Shown here piece by piece: positions 32,660 to 44,439 of a stretch of DNA of 64,000 nucleotides. A program made the translations under genes and the position numbers. This DNA comes from an uncultured Nitrososphaeraceae archaeon (GTDB taxonomy: Archaea; Thermoproteota; Nitrososphaeria; Nitrososphaerales; Nitrososphaeraceae): assembly GCA_963779615.1 (NCBI GenBank), contig CAVZZA010000003.1, forward strand, positions 768,001 through 832,000. Direction: 5' to 3'. The notes below the pieces were generated by a model. That model was not told the origin of the DNA. It was given only the letters and a program-made list of their open reading frames with translations, and did not search any database. Numbering within the stretch: position 1 is the first letter of the stretch; every line of letters begins with the position of its first letter.

Positions 32660-34129
32660 CTAAATCCCCGCACCTCTGCCGTAGTACATGTGGTCCTCTC
32701 GATGTCCACCCTGTCCCCTGCCTATGTTTTTATAATCTGAGGCAAATTCGATGGATTTTATCCATTTCACCATTTTGAATCCAAGTTGGGTTTCAACTCG
32801 TAGCCGTAAAGGAGACCCATAAGGAACACTTAAGGGTTCGCCATTCATTTCATAGGCAAGAATGGTCTGGCGATGCTTTGCGAGATCTATGTGTATTGTT
32901 TCATAAAACTGTTCCCCCTCAGAATATTGATAAGAGTAAAACACAACATACCGCGCCCCGGGAAGAGGCTTGCATATGGAAATTATATAACTCAGTGGGA
33001 CACCAGCCCATTCCCCTATGGCAGTCCATCCCTGAATGCATGAATGCTCCGTAATTTGAGACTCTTTTTTCATTGAGTGTAAATCCCCAAGTGAAAGTTC
33101 AAGAGGTTTTTCAACCAATCCATAGATTTTCAGTTTCCAACCAACAAAACCATTTTCCAGCATATCCCTGTATTCTTTTGTGTCAGGTGGATAGCCGTTT
33201 GCCCTAAAAAAAGGAGTGAGATCTGATTTTGAAAACTGTTGTTTTGACGATACAGCCCTTCTGAACAAAATACTCCTTATTGGCTCTATAACAGAACCAA
33301 GTTTATTCTGTACAAATCTAGGATACTTTAGTGAAACACCTGTAGCCCAAACTTGAATGGCCACAACAACTAGAACAAATAGCACAAATATTCCAATGGC
33401 CATGCCAAGGCTCGTTGCCTTTCCTAAAAATATATTGCCCATATTTTCCGGAAAATTTGTTATCATGACCATTGACACATGGATAACAATAAACAGAACA
33501 AACCCCACCATCCCAAGGAAATGAAGGCTGCGTGCAACTTGGCGTCCTCTAAAAATCTTGGGATACCATGGAAATTGAGCGCCTATGGCTGGAGACATTG
33601 CGGCACCTGTTGCAATCATGAATGGTCCAAGTACAAACACTACACCAAAGTATGCCAGCTGTTGCATAGGATCGTAAGGGTTACCTTCAACTGCAAAGTG
33701 AAAACTTGCGTACTCCAACACAGTGTGGAAAGCCTGAGGGAAAATTGACCAGGAGGTTGGAACAAGTCGCTGCCACTCGTCACTTGTAAAAAGCAGAATA
33801 TAATATGCCGCACCATTAGCTATCCAGAAAATAATAGAAAAAAAGTGCCAATGGCGACCTAATCCAAGGTTTTTATGTCCAGGCAAAGCAATCCATGATG
33901 AAAATGATTCCTCCTCCTCAAGGGAAATCCACACTCTTTTCCTAAAATAAGGCACAAATTTTTTTTTCGTAAATCTTGCCCATTCTTTTCCAGGTATTGC
34001 GCCATCATGCCAGTAGAGTTTTGGAAGGGCGCTGAGTATCTCTACTCCACTGCGAATTAACAGAACAATGAAAATTAAATTGATGAAATGGGCAAATCGC
34101 AGCCAGAACGGAAAGTCATCAAAGACCAT
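32660..34129 (-). CDS. Sulfite-oxidase-family molybdopterin oxidoreductase fused to a cytochrome b-like membrane domain
   Basis: RHWHF and RSLHF heme-ligand helices; HSCIQGW, AYEMNGEPL..PYGSPLRL, GFKMVKWI. Confidence 0.9.
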   Translation of the reverse strand: MVFDDFPFWLRFAHFINLIFIVLLIRSGVEILSALPKLYWHDGAIPGKEWARFTKKKFVPYFRKRVWISLEEEESFSSWIALPGHKNLGLGRHWHFFSIIFWIANGAAYYILLFTSDEWQRLVPTSWSIFPQAFHTVLEYASFHFAVEGNPYDPMQQLAYFGVVFVLGPFMIATGAAMSPAIGAQFPWYPKIFRGRQVARSLHFLGMVGFVLFIVIHVSMVMITNFPENMGNIFLGKATSLGMAIGIFVLFVLVVVAIQVWATGVSLKYPRFVQNKLGSVIEPIRSILFRRAVSSKQQFSKSDLTPFFRANGYPPDTKEYRDMLENGFVGWKLKIYGLVEKPLELSLGDLHSMKKESQITEHSCIQGWTAIGEWAGVPLSYIISICKPLPGARYVVFYSYQYSEGEQFYETIHIDLAKHRQTILAYEMNGEPLSVPYGSPLRLRVETQLGFKMVKWIKSIEFASDYKNIGRGQGGHREDHMYYGRGAGI

Positions 34130-34182
34130 ATAAAGAACCCACTGTTGTGTTATTGGTAAAGGTATAAAAGATATTTGAAATC

Positions 34183-35346
34183 CTATATGCTGGTTGAATC
34201 ATGATCATTGTCGTCATCGTCATCATCTTTATGATTTGAAATGGCTCTTTCAGCATCTTTTTCGCCTTCTGCTATCAGTTTCTTTATCCTATATGTGGAG
34301 AAATCGGCATCCTCAAAAAGATAGTGCAAATCATCCTCCTTTTTGCCAATTCTTATTACATCCGTTATGGCTGCGCCATGTTTTTGGGTTAATGAGTGAT
34401 ATTCAGGGTCTAATTCTTTAAGTTTGTCTTTTGTTTTTTGGTCTACCTGTGCATCCTCTGAATAGATAATAGAATATATGTTCTTTAAGAGATTCAGATA
34501 CTTTTCATTTACCTTTAGCATTTCCACATTCCTGTCGGTTTTATCCATGAATATGATATCCCTAGCCCTGTGCAACACACCTATCATACTGTTTGGAATC
34601 TCCTTTTGTTGACGAGGGAATACGTCAACTATGTAGAATTTTTTGTTTTTCATGGGGGATGCTCTCATAACTTCCATCATAGGGGTGTTTGTGAGTAAAC
34701 TTCCATCCCAGAGATACCTGCCATCTTTTTTGGTCCACCTTATGCCATAAAAAGGGTATCCTGCGCATGCGATTATATCATCCACATTTATAGCCATATG
34801 AGCAGTATCGAAAATAACAGGCTCGCCTTTCTGTATGTCAGTTGAAGTTATAATCAGCCTGGAATTCCTACTATCAGTCTTATCCGTATCCATTTTTTGT
34901 AGCATCTCAAAGTCTATATAGTGTCTCAAAGTTTTTTTCAGCGGGGTTGTGTCATAAAGATAATTCCACAGATAAGGCAAAAAATAATCTGGTGAGCTTG
35001 GCATGAACCACTTTGGCAAAAATGCTTTTGGAATGCCATAAAATACAGAATAGGCTGAAAATAACATGGCCCTCATTTTATCTGAGGATATATTGGGCAA
35101 CGATAAAACATGCTCTGCATATATTAAATTCTCAGACAAAGAAAGCCAAAAATCCTCCAGAATCGACGGCACATCTTTACCTGCATTTTGTGCAGCAGTT
35201 ATTATCGAGGTATTTATGGCACCAATGGAAGAACCAGCTAAAACGTCGAATTCAATGCCCTTTTTATAAAGGCTTTTGTAAACACCGCACTCATAAGCAC
35301 CCAATGAGCCACCTCCCTGAAGTACCAGGACAGTCTCTAATTTCAC
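34183..35346 (-). CDS. Patatin-like phospholipase/esterase
   Basis: LQGGGSLGAYECG, GSSIG, WDG..LTNTP. Confidence 0.92.
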   Translation of the reverse strand: MKLETVLVLQGGGSLGAYECGVYKSLYKKGIEFDVLAGSSIGAINTSIITAAQNAGKDVPSILEDFWLSLSENLIYAEHVLSLPNISSDKMRAMLFSAYSVFYGIPKAFLPKWFMPSSPDYFLPYLWNYLYDTTPLKKTLRHYIDFEMLQKMDTDKTDSRNSRLIITSTDIQKGEPVIFDTAHMAINVDDIIACAGYPFYGIRWTKKDGRYLWDGSLLTNTPMMEVMRASPMKNKKFYIVDVFPRQQKEIPNSMIGVLHRARDIIFMDKTDRNVEMLKVNEKYLNLLKNIYSIIYSEDAQVDQKTKDKLKELDPEYHSLTQKHGAAITDVIRIGKKEDDLHYLFEDADFSTYRIKKLIAEGEKDAERAISNHKDDDDDDNDHDSTSI

Positions 35347-35391
35347 TTTATCATGTCTCCTCTTTATTGATATATCCAGAATTTCTTTTAT

Positions 35392-36738
35392 TTATGACAG
35401 TTGACTCACATCGGGTTTAAAGAGCACATCCGAGGTCCAATCATCCATAACTTTTAACTTCTTTTTTGCGGTTGGAAGGTTAGCCAAATAATATGATCGC
35501 CAAATCCACCAAGCCAAAAATCCATGTAACTTGACTTTGCCAAATAGTATAGCAACGCCTGTCCTATTTCCGATATTTGCCATCATTCCTTTTGTTTTGT
35601 AATCAAACTTCGTTTTCTTGCCTTCGCTTTCTTTTCGGACAGAGGAAATAATGTTTTTTGCGGCCACGTCGCTCTGCCTTATTGCATGCTGCGCGGTTGG
35701 AGGATATGGTTTTCCAGTATGATGGTCTGTTACAGATGCGCAATCCCCCAGTGCATAAACAATGCCTTCATGATTTTTTACCTCCAGATATTCATTTGTT
35801 ATGATTCTATGGCCTTTGTCATGTTCGCATTGGATATTTGCAATCAATTTGTTTTGAGTCACGCCAGCTGTCCAAATAAGAGAATAGCAAGGTATCAAAG
35901 TATCATCATGCAGTATCGCTTTATCGCTTGTTGCTCCTTTGACTTGTGTATTCATCATAAATTCAACTCCACTCACTTTTAGTCTTTCCAAAGCAAACTC
36001 GCCCAGTTTTACATCTATCTGCTCTAGTATTTTGTCAGTAGCACTAACAAGAATGACCCTTACATCAGACATGTAGATGTCTGGATAATGTTGTTTTATG
36101 GTATCTCGGACAAAACCGTTTATTGCTCCCACTGTTTCAATACCACTAAACCCCCCTCCAACAACCACAAAAGTTAACAGGCTTTTTCTCAAGTCAGGGT
36201 TATCCTGTTCAAAATTGGCTTGCTCTAGTATTTTTATTATGTGATTCCTCAAGGTAATTGCATCATTAATAGTCTTCATTGTAAACGCATTTTCTTCTAC
36301 ATCAGACATACCAAAGAAATTGTTCTCGCTCCCTAATGCAATGACAAGGTAATCGTATTTTACTATGTGTTCATGTAAGCCTTTTGGTTGATTTTGTTGA
36401 TTAGAATTTCTTCCAATAATATGGTTCAGAACCACTTGCTTGTTATTCAGATCTACTGATTGTACATTTGCCTCAAGGAATTTGGCCTTTCTGCAAAATG
36501 ATCTGACCGGTGTAACTATATGCCTTGTTTCAATCATTCCAGCCGCTACCTCAGGAAGCATGGGAGTAAATAGAAGAAAATTGTCTTTACTTATAAGGGT
36601 AATTTCAACACTATCGTCATCATGAAATTCTTTTTGAATCTTTTTTAAGACACCAATTCCTGCAAACCCTCCACCGAGTATCACTATATGCTTAGAATCG
36701 AGAATCCCAGCACTTCTTTCTTTATTGGCTACAGGCAT
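35392..36738 (-). CDS. ndh: Type II NADH:quinone oxidoreductase-like FAD protein
   Basis: GGGFAG, FTPML.E, YDYLVIALGS, VVGGGFSGIE, IWTAG, ALGD, TAQHA. Confidence 0.88.
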   Translation of the reverse strand: MPVANKERSAGILDSKHIVILGGGFAGIGVLKKIQKEFHDDDSVEITLISKDNFLLFTPMLPEVAAGMIETRHIVTPVRSFCRKAKFLEANVQSVDLNNKQVVLNHIIGRNSNQQNQPKGLHEHIVKYDYLVIALGSENNFFGMSDVEENAFTMKTINDAITLRNHIIKILEQANFEQDNPDLRKSLLTFVVVGGGFSGIETVGAINGFVRDTIKQHYPDIYMSDVRVILVSATDKILEQIDVKLGEFALERLKVSGVEFMMNTQVKGATSDKAILHDDTLIPCYSLIWTAGVTQNKLIANIQCEHDKGHRIITNEYLEVKNHEGIVYALGDCASVTDHHTGKPYPPTAQHAIRQSDVAAKNIISSVRKESEGKKTKFDYKTKGMMANIGNRTGVAILFGKVKLHGFLAWWIWRSYYLANLPTAKKKLKVMDDWTSDVLFKPDVSQLS

Positions 36739-36759
36739 TATTTTCAGTACTCCATTTTT

Positions 36760-37475
36760 CTATTCCACATGATGTTGGTGAACCAGATCATCATAAATCT
36801 AACTGTCTGGACGTTAACAAATTCCAGCATACCGTACCAATGTAACTCTACCAAATCCACTCATTTTAGTCCCTCCAAAAAGAACTCTAGGATCAGAGGC
36901 TACTACATTAATAACAGATACCCTCCAGGTTGAGCCGTTTTGGAGAATTTCCCTGCTTTATCAAGATCTTCAGTCCACATACTTGCTCCAAGACCGTATT
37001 GAGAATCATTGGTAATATTCAGAGCATCCATTTCACTATCCGCTAAAAAATTAGGCGCAACAAGGCCAAATATCTCTTCCTGCGCCACACGCATTTTTGG
37101 TGTAACATTCTAAAAAGCCGGGGCGGTCATAGAAACAACCTTTTCCGCCTACCTGCTCACCTACTGCGAGAATCTCTCCCCTTCCTTAACGGAGTCTTTA
37201 ACCTGAACCTATTTTTTCCAACCCATCAAAATTCACAAGAGATCCCTTATCTGTATCCTGATATAGGATTACCCACTGAAGTTTCTCTAATTTTTGAGCA
37301 AAATTTTCAATAAATTCATTTGCTCTTTTCCTTACAACAATAAGGCGCTTTGACGCCATGCGGCTCTGTCCGCAATTAAAGCGGCCTTTGATAGCACCAG
37401 ATGTCGCTTTCTCAATATCTGCATTTTACATACTATGAACGGATCGCTGCCTCCTAGCCCCAGAACTGTTTTTTT
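36760..37475 (-). pseudogene. Aldehyde dehydrogenase (succinate-semialdehyde dehydrogenase-like) remnant
   Basis: LGGSDPFIV, FNCGQS..ASKRLIV, EEIFG, YGLGASMWT, FGGTKMSGFGR, GMLEF fragments in several frames; N-terminal half missing. Confidence 0.8.
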
Positions 37476-37575
37476 ATCTTTGATGTTACCATTTGAGATA
37501 CTTGCTTTAATTAGTTGAAATTACTGGTAACATACACGATATAAAATAAAATAATGGAATATTACCAAGATAATC

Positions 37576-37583
37576 TTTATAAA
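37576..37583 (+). promoter_or_regulatory. Putative TATA box of the aquaporin gene
   Basis: TTTATAAA about 28 bp before ATG 37611. Confidence 0.4.
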
Positions 37584-37610
37584 GGATAAAATGGGGAAGC
37601 ATTGTAAGAT

Positions 37611-38309
37611 ATGAATGATAAACACAACAATGGTCCTTCACTGAAAAATAAATTTTTGGTAGAGATAGTTGGAACGTTTATCCTAGTTTATGCGATTGCT
37701 TCTGCCGCTACGGTTTATTCTGGCAGTGGTCAGTTAGGGGTAATCGGGATTGGTTTGGTTCATGCTCTTGTGCTAACAGCAATAATATACGCAATAGGTT
37801 ACCGTTCGGGTGCCCAGGTTAACCCCGCAGTTACAATAGGCTTGCTGGTTGCAAGAAAAATCAAGGGTAAGGAAGCAGCGGTCTATATCATAGCCCAAAT
37901 CATTGGTGCGGTAATTGGTGCAGCTGTTGTGTACACAATATTTGGCTCAGAAATGTCTGCGAGCGTAACGTTACCTTCTGAAGATAATGTTGTTAGGGCA
38001 TTAATATTGGAAACCGTAATGACATTTACTTTGGTGTATGTTGTGTTGGCAACCACTACCTCAAAGAACTTTAGTATTGCTCCATTGGCAGGCGTGGCAA
38101 TAGGGTTTACACTTGGTTTAAATGTTATGTTTGGCGGTGCGATTACCGGTGGTTCACTAAATCCAGCCCGTTCTTTTGGTCCTGCACTGATTATGGGAAA
38201 CTTTAGCTATCACTGGATTTATTGGGTAGCACCAATCATCGGCGGGTTGATTGCAGCAGCAGTTTACAAGGCATTGCACAAAGATGCAGATCTTCCATTA
38301 AAAGAATAA
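37611..38309 (+). CDS. Aquaporin (MIP family)
   Basis: Two NPA motifs (VNPAVT, LNPARSFGP) and six TM helices. Confidence 0.96.
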   Translation: MNDKHNNGPSLKNKFLVEIVGTFILVYAIASAATVYSGSGQLGVIGIGLVHALVLTAIIYAIGYRSGAQVNPAVTIGLLVARKIKGKEAAVYIIAQIIGAVIGAAVVYTIFGSEMSASVTLPSEDNVVRALILETVMTFTLVYVVLATTTSKNFSIAPLAGVAIGFTLGLNVMFGGAITGGSLNPARSFGPALIMGNFSYHWIYWVAPIIGGLIAAAVYKALHKDADLPLKE

Positions 38310-38734
38310 CTAAAACAATAAGGACACTCAGATCAAACAACAATCCAACTTATTTTTCCTCTAATGGGATTGATCATTACATGTATTTCTGCTTTAACAC
38401 CATGTCAATTCCTCATATCACTTTACACATCTTTTGATTATAGCACTGGATAATTGGTTAAGGTGGTGAACTTTGGTGATAACCTGGATCATTATCCGGT
38501 TAAGAGACCGTGCTATAACGAGGCACATCGTTTCTTACCCATGTTAAAAATAAAAGCCTGCAACAGGAAGATAAAAAGTGAGGGTAATCATTAACGAACA
38601 CACGAAATATTGTTTTTACAGTCCCTCCTACTTCAATGGAAATAACATTATGACGTTTCTGACAATAAATCCAAATAAATGCATCTGCTAGCAAGGTTCA
38701 TAATCACTATGATGGAATTATCTGATTTACCTAA

Positions 38735-39199
38735 CTATTGATATATCTCATGATGTTTTTTCTGCTACTCTCCTTGATACACTGTCAAGTCCTTTCAAAA
38801 GCCAGACAACCCACTTAATCCTCTGTTTCCAAATACTATGATGTCAACATCATTATTTTTTATAAATTTGACTATGGTCCCAACTATTGAACCAACTTTA
38901 ACAATTGACTCGATATTGATTTGATCATTTGAGTATTCCTTCTTCTTTTCTTTAATGATTAAATTCATATCCGATTCCATTTTATCATAGTCTTCTTCAA
39001 TAGAATGTGTAATGAGTATCTCTCCCTTGTCAAAAGTACGAATTTTAGCAATCTGTCTTGACGAGACAGGCACTTCGGGAATCACATGAATAATAAATAT
39101 AACTGATTGATTAATTTAGGCAATTTCAGTTGCTCTCTTTAATGCTTTTTCTGACATTTTTGAAGCATCGTAAGGGACAAGAATCCTGCTGTATTGCAT
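38735..39199 (-). pseudogene. Universal stress protein pseudogene
   Basis: MQYSRILVPYDAS from 39199; frameshift; DIIVFGNRGLSG; disrupted C-terminus. Confidence 0.75.
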
Positions 39200-39375
39200 A
39201 TCGTTAATACCCTAACCAATTATTAATTCGATGTGATGTGTGTCACTCCATTTTTTATATTTTAATCATAACAACAAAAACAGAAACACAACTTCTTTCA
39301 TCATATTAGTAGAAGATATCAATTAAATTTTTTTGAAAATTAAGACACTGCTAAAAAAAATGAAAAAGACAAGTA

Positions 39376-40626
39376 TTGGCAAATTGTCAAATGCCATATA
39401 ATTATATAAAGAATCACAACATCTTTTTTCATGTGGTCTTATCCATTGAGCAAATACTACAGGATTTAGCGGTTATTATGATAATAGCGTCGGCAATGAC
39501 GTTGGTTTTTCACAGATTAAAGCAACCTATTGTGATTGGATTCATAATTGCAGGAGTCATAATTGGACCTCATACACCGCCATTTAGTTTGATACACAAC
39601 GACGAAGTTCTTAAACTATTTTCAGAGCTCGGTGTAATACTTTTGCTTTTCACTGTAGGAATGGAGTTTCCCATACAAAAACTAAAGAAAATAGGAAAAA
39701 AGGCCACCGTTATTGCTGTTAGTGAGGCTTTCGGAACGTTGATTGTGGGATTTTTGACTGCACAGGCCTTGGGACTTGCTTTTTATGATAGCCTCTTTTT
39801 GGCTTTGGCAATTTCAGTGACAAGTACCGTTATTGTAATGAGGGTACTGGGAGAGTTGCATATGATGAAAGATGACTCTGCCCAGTTGATTTTGGGAACC
39901 GCAATAATTGAGGACATTATTGTCATCTCACTGCTTGCCATTTTTCAATCTTCAGGAACAAGTGGCAATATTTCGATAAATGAAATCATGATTTCTGTAG
40001 GGACAACATTGGCATTTATTGTAGGAGTCTTGGTAATAGGTTCAAAAACCGTACCTCGGTTGATTGATGTTATTGCAGGAACCAATAATCACGATGTCTT
40101 GATTGTAGCTGCAGTGGGAGTGGCCTTTGCTCTTGCATTTGTCTCCTCTCATCTGGGAATATCTGTTGCTGCGGGTGCTTTTTTTGCAGGGGTTCTTGTT
40201 GCAGAATCAAAATCTCATTCAGTTACAAGTGTTTTGGCTACGCCCGTTAAAGACATCTTTGCCGCCATGTTCTTTGTGTCGGTTGGTGCATTAATGGACT
40301 TTAAGCTAATGCCTCTTTTTATAGTTCCAGCGCTTGTGTTAATTGCGGTTTCCATAAGTGCCAAATTTGTCACAGTATTTCTTTCATCAAGGGCTCAGCG
40401 CATAGACAATATAACCTCTGTGCGTACAGCTATCGGTTTATCATCATCTGGTGGGGAGTTGGCACTTGTTGTAGCAAAGGGCGGAAGCGATACCGGAGCA
40501 ACCAGTTCCATAGTGTTACCTATGGTAGGAACTATGACTATTATTACCACATTTATTTCCCCTTATGTCATAAAATACGGATGGAAAGTTGCAAAAAGAT
40601 TCAAAGACAAATCGAAGCAGCAATAA
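39376..40626 (+). CDS. Cation:proton antiporter, CPA2/KefB-like
   Basis: KQPIVIGFIIAGVIIGP, ELGVILLLF.VGME, IIED, GAFFAG, FFVSVG. Confidence 0.92.
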   Translation: MANCQMPYNYIKNHNIFFHVVLSIEQILQDLAVIMIIASAMTLVFHRLKQPIVIGFIIAGVIIGPHTPPFSLIHNDEVLKLFSELGVILLLFTVGMEFPIQKLKKIGKKATVIAVSEAFGTLIVGFLTAQALGLAFYDSLFLALAISVTSTVIVMRVLGELHMMKDDSAQLILGTAIIEDIIVISLLAIFQSSGTSGNISINEIMISVGTTLAFIVGVLVIGSKTVPRLIDVIAGTNNHDVLIVAAVGVAFALAFVSSHLGISVAAGAFFAGVLVAESKSHSVTSVLATPVKDIFAAMFFVSVGALMDFKLMPLFIVPALVLIAVSISAKFVTVFLSSRAQRIDNITSVRTAIGLSSSGGELALVVAKGGSDTGATSSIVLPMVGTMTIITTFISPYVIKYGWKVAKRFKDKSKQQ

Positions 40627-40750
40627 CAACAGCAACAACCATCATTATTGCCTGATTCCGATACTAAAAGCAGCTGCGGTTAACCTTGCTTTAATACACC
40701 GCTGCGCATCTCTATTTTCATTTATCTAAATATAACCAAAGGATCCGGAT

Positions 40751-41110
40751 TTAAACATCCATTGAACCATAACGGGTACAGTATTGTTTTAAGCATATTG
40801 CAAATCCCACATGTTCACAATCATCTGCCTCACAACTCTTGCACCAGGGAATACAATCTCTAAAAAAAACTGTTACATCTTTTAACAGATCCTTATCGTA
40901 AAAAATCATGTATTTATCTTTTAAAACATATTTGACATCGATTGGAGAATCTGCTGATTGGTTATTTTCTGTTGACGATAGCCATTTCATAAAGTCAATT
41001 GTTCCAACATCCAAAGAAGTGGATGAAATGGGTTTATTGAGCATAATTTTGGATTTTCTAGACAATATTTCCTTATCTTTCCTTTCCAGATACAATACCG
41101 ACAAATACAC
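40751..41110 (-). CDS. Hypothetical protein with SWIM-like zinc motif
   Basis: CKSCEADDCEHV. Confidence 0.65.
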   Translation of the reverse strand: MYLSVLYLERKDKEILSRKSKIMLNKPISSTSLDVGTIDFMKWLSSTENNQSADSPIDVKYVLKDKYMIFYDKDLLKDVTVFFRDCIPWCKSCEADDCEHVGFAICLKQYCTRYGSMDV

Positions 41111-41879
41111 TATTAAGGGTATCTGTTAAAAATACCTGTGAATGCATAATTATTATCATAATTATAATTATTTTGGTTGTTATCATTATTGCAATGGAGA
41201 ATTTGCTGTAAATGCTAAACCTGTCAATTGACATTAATAGATTCGGTGAAGCACATTGCTCAAAGGAGCAGTCTCAATATGCGGTGTAGTTGGTTTGATT
41301 TTAACCTGTAAAAGGAAAAGTAAAATCCGTATGTGAGACAAACTAGCTGAAAGAAAAATTACCACTTCGTCCGCTCTTTTGCCATAACTGCATCCTTAAG
41401 TTTCTGGCAATTGCGTTTTGTGTTTAAACAGATTTTTGATTTTTACTTTCTTCTTTTTCGTCATCAATGTCGTATTCGGTATAAATTATTTTTGGCATTC
41501 TCGATAGTATGTAATTGAGTTTATTAGCGTTTGCCTTAAAATCAATAGAAGAATATGGTGTGAGATTGATGAGAGTCTTTCACATTGTAATATCATTTAC
41601 TAAAAAGCCATAAAACGATCTTATAACAATAGAAAAATGAATGCCCTTTAATGGTTTTGTAAAAATGATCCCATGTGGTTAGTGGGCAAGGTGGCTAGTG
41701 CAGATATCGGTCCTTTCAATTGGATTCTGATTATAGTGAAACTGTTAAGGATATAAAGTTCTCGGGTGCAAAGACAAAATTAATCTATTCTTGACGACTT
41801 TGCTGGACTTCGCACAAATAAATGTTAATTGTTGGTGCCACTTCAATATTCTTAAAAGAGACTGGATGCCAATAACCAA

Positions 41880-42857
41880 ATGCATTACCTAAAAAAAGAA
41901 AAAATGCTTATTGCTAGTATTTTCTCGCTCGTCATCATCATTGCTGCACCATTGGTCAACCTTGCGTATAGCCAACCAAGCCAATTGAGCCCAAACAGCA
42001 GTAATTACAACAACACAAATACAAATACACCAAAAATACAGGATTTCCCATCAAAAGAAGTTCGCGTGGGAGACATAGACATCGCATACAAGACCTTTGG
42101 CAAGGGCGACCCTATTTTACTGATAAACGGTTACTCCTTCACCATGGACAGCTGGGACCCAACTTTATTGGAAACTCTTGCTTCCAACCATACAGTAATC
42201 GTTTTTGATAACCGAGGAATAGGAAACACAACCTCCGGTAGTGAACAGCAGTTCTCAATATCGCTATTTGCAAATGATACCGCTGGCTTGCTAGAGGCAT
42301 TAGACATCCAGAAAGCAGATGTGCTGGCATGGTCATTAGGCGGAAGAATTGCTCAGGAATTGACACTTAATTATCCTGATAGAGTTGGAAAACTTATTCT
42401 CTATGGAATAGGTTGTGGGGGCGAGGGATCTGCGCCACAAAGCCAGGAAGTTCGTAACGAGTTTGTTAATCGAACGGGAACTGCAGAAGACAGAATAGCA
42501 AGAGTAGTACCATTATTCTTCCCCCAAGAATGGCGCAATGAAAATCCGAATTACCTTGAAAACATTCCAAAAACTACAGAGACAGTTCTTAATGAAACAC
42601 TTGACAAGCAGATAGAAGCTGCAGCCAGTGCACCATCTACTTGTGATAGGCTAAAAAACATAACTCAACCTACACTAGTCATAGTTGGAACTGACGATGC
42701 GGCTACTCCTGCAGCAAATAACCTAAGAATGGCAGAACTTATTCCCGGAGCTTGGTATGTCCAGATTAACGGAGGGGGACATGGATTGATGTACCAATAT
42801 CCAGAACAGTTCAGCAATATAGTAAAAATCTTCCTGGAAAATACAAATACCCATTAA
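41880..42857 (+). CDS. Secreted alpha/beta hydrolase
   Basis: Signal peptide; FDNRGIG, AWSLGG, PTLVIVGTDD, GGH. Confidence 0.9.
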   Translation: MHYLKKEKMLIASIFSLVIIIAAPLVNLAYSQPSQLSPNSSNYNNTNTNTPKIQDFPSKEVRVGDIDIAYKTFGKGDPILLINGYSFTMDSWDPTLLETLASNHTVIVFDNRGIGNTTSGSEQQFSISLFANDTAGLLEALDIQKADVLAWSLGGRIAQELTLNYPDRVGKLILYGIGCGGEGSAPQSQEVRNEFVNRTGTAEDRIARVVPLFFPQEWRNENPNYLENIPKTTETVLNETLDKQIEAAASAPSTCDRLKNITQPTLVIVGTDDAATPAANNLRMAELIPGAWYVQINGGGHGLMYQYPEQFSNIVKIFLENTNTH

Positions 42858-43063
42858 TTGGTGTAATATTTTCAGACTCCTTTTTTTGTTCTTGCGTCTC
42901 AAATCCGGTCACAATAAATAAAGAGAACAAACATCATTTCTACAAAAATCCCATGGTTAACATTATTATCCTTACAACCAAACAATAAATAATCATAATA
43001 GTTTAGATTTTTCTTAAAGAAATAAAGAGTTAAGATAATATAAATAGAAACATTGTATTATGT

Positions 43064-43323
43064 ATGAATCCTAAGGTAACAATACTATTAATTTGTGCAA
43101 TTCTCTCAGTGCCGACATTTGGCCTTATTACAGAACATATAGTGGAACAGAAAATTTGTAGTTTGCTCAAGGACAAACACAACAGCAACAGGAACAAGCT
43201 GCCCCATCCATAGTACACAATAAAAGCAAACCAATGCAAAACCCGCTGCCAAGTAATGAAACAAATCAAACTTCAAATATGGAAATCAGACGAGATGGTG
43301 ACGATCAAATAATGAAAGATTGA
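43064..43323 (+). pseudogene. Possible small secreted protein, frameshifted
   Basis: MNPKVTILLICAILSV signal-like start; after a shift reads FAQGQTQQQQEQAAP. Confidence 0.35.
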
Positions 43324-43653
43324 ATATTTCAAACTCATGTGTTAGGTCATTCAAAATACCCCTTGACAAACAGTTAGAAAAGAAATGAAACAACTTTATT
43401 TATAGACTTAGTTGTATTGCAGGGTATCAAACATCTAATCATGAATAACTTGTATTGTCACCTTTAACGATATGATAATTATCTTTATGTTTTTTTTTGA
43501 TTTATCAAATTAGTATCACGGAAAATTTTTCATAAGGTATGCGGAAATGGAATGGAAGTAACATATTAGTGCCTTTTCCTGTGATATTTTCCTTCAACTA
43601 TACCTTTAAGCTTATATAATTACCTATATATCTAATTAATCATTATTAAATAA

Positions 43654-44121
43654 ATGCCATTTAATCGGATTCTTGTACCTTTTGATGCCTCGGAATTGTC
43701 AATCAAGTCAATAGAACAAGCAATAGAATTATCCAGGGAAAATCAAACGCAGGTTTTTATTCTCCATGTAATTAGAGAAATACCTTTTTCAACACGTTTT
43801 TCGAGAATAGAACTAAGAAATCAGGAGGTTGTTATTTCGCCACATTCTAAAAAGGTGTATGATGAATTGAGAGATGATATGAATTTAACTCTTGAAGAAC
43901 AGAAAAAGAAATATGGCAGATATAAAATATCTATTAGTACAGAAATTAGAATAGGTGAACCAGCAGAAATAATTGTAGAATTTACCAAACAGAATAACAT
44001 TGATCTTATCATTATGGGGAGTATCGGATTAAAAGGAATTTCAGGAATGATAAAAAAATTGGGAAGTATTGCAAGGCAAGTAGCAGAAGAAGTTACCTGT
44101 CCAGTATTGATAATGAGATGA
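43654..44121 (+). CDS. Universal stress protein
   Basis: ILVPFDAS, GEPAEII, DLIIMGS.G, LGSIA..V...CPVLI. Confidence 0.93.
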   Translation: MPFNRILVPFDASELSIKSIEQAIELSRENQTQVFILHVIREIPFSTRFSRIELRNQEVVISPHSKKVYDELRDDMNLTLEEQKKKYGRYKISISTEIRIGEPAEIIVEFTKQNNIDLIIMGSIGLKGISGMIKKLGSIARQVAEEVTCPVLIMR

Positions 44122-44439
44122 TAATCATTAATTAGGTTATGACTACGTAAATGTAATTGAACTATTGTTTTAGAGATGCTTATCTGCATGATCAATCTGT
44201 TTTCTAATGATGTTTATCATCTATTCAAAAATTCAATAGATGTAAATCTTAATGTCATCATTATTCAGGCATGCCGCTATATACGTCAGTACATTAATGT
44301 CTTTGGACTCTTCGTTTACGTTCTCCTTTTTAATACCCATTTTGAACTGCATTTAATGCATTGTTGTATCATCTTTAGGTATTTTTATATGAAAATAAAA
44401 TTCTCGCAAAGGATAATAATAGAAAAATATATAATTGTT

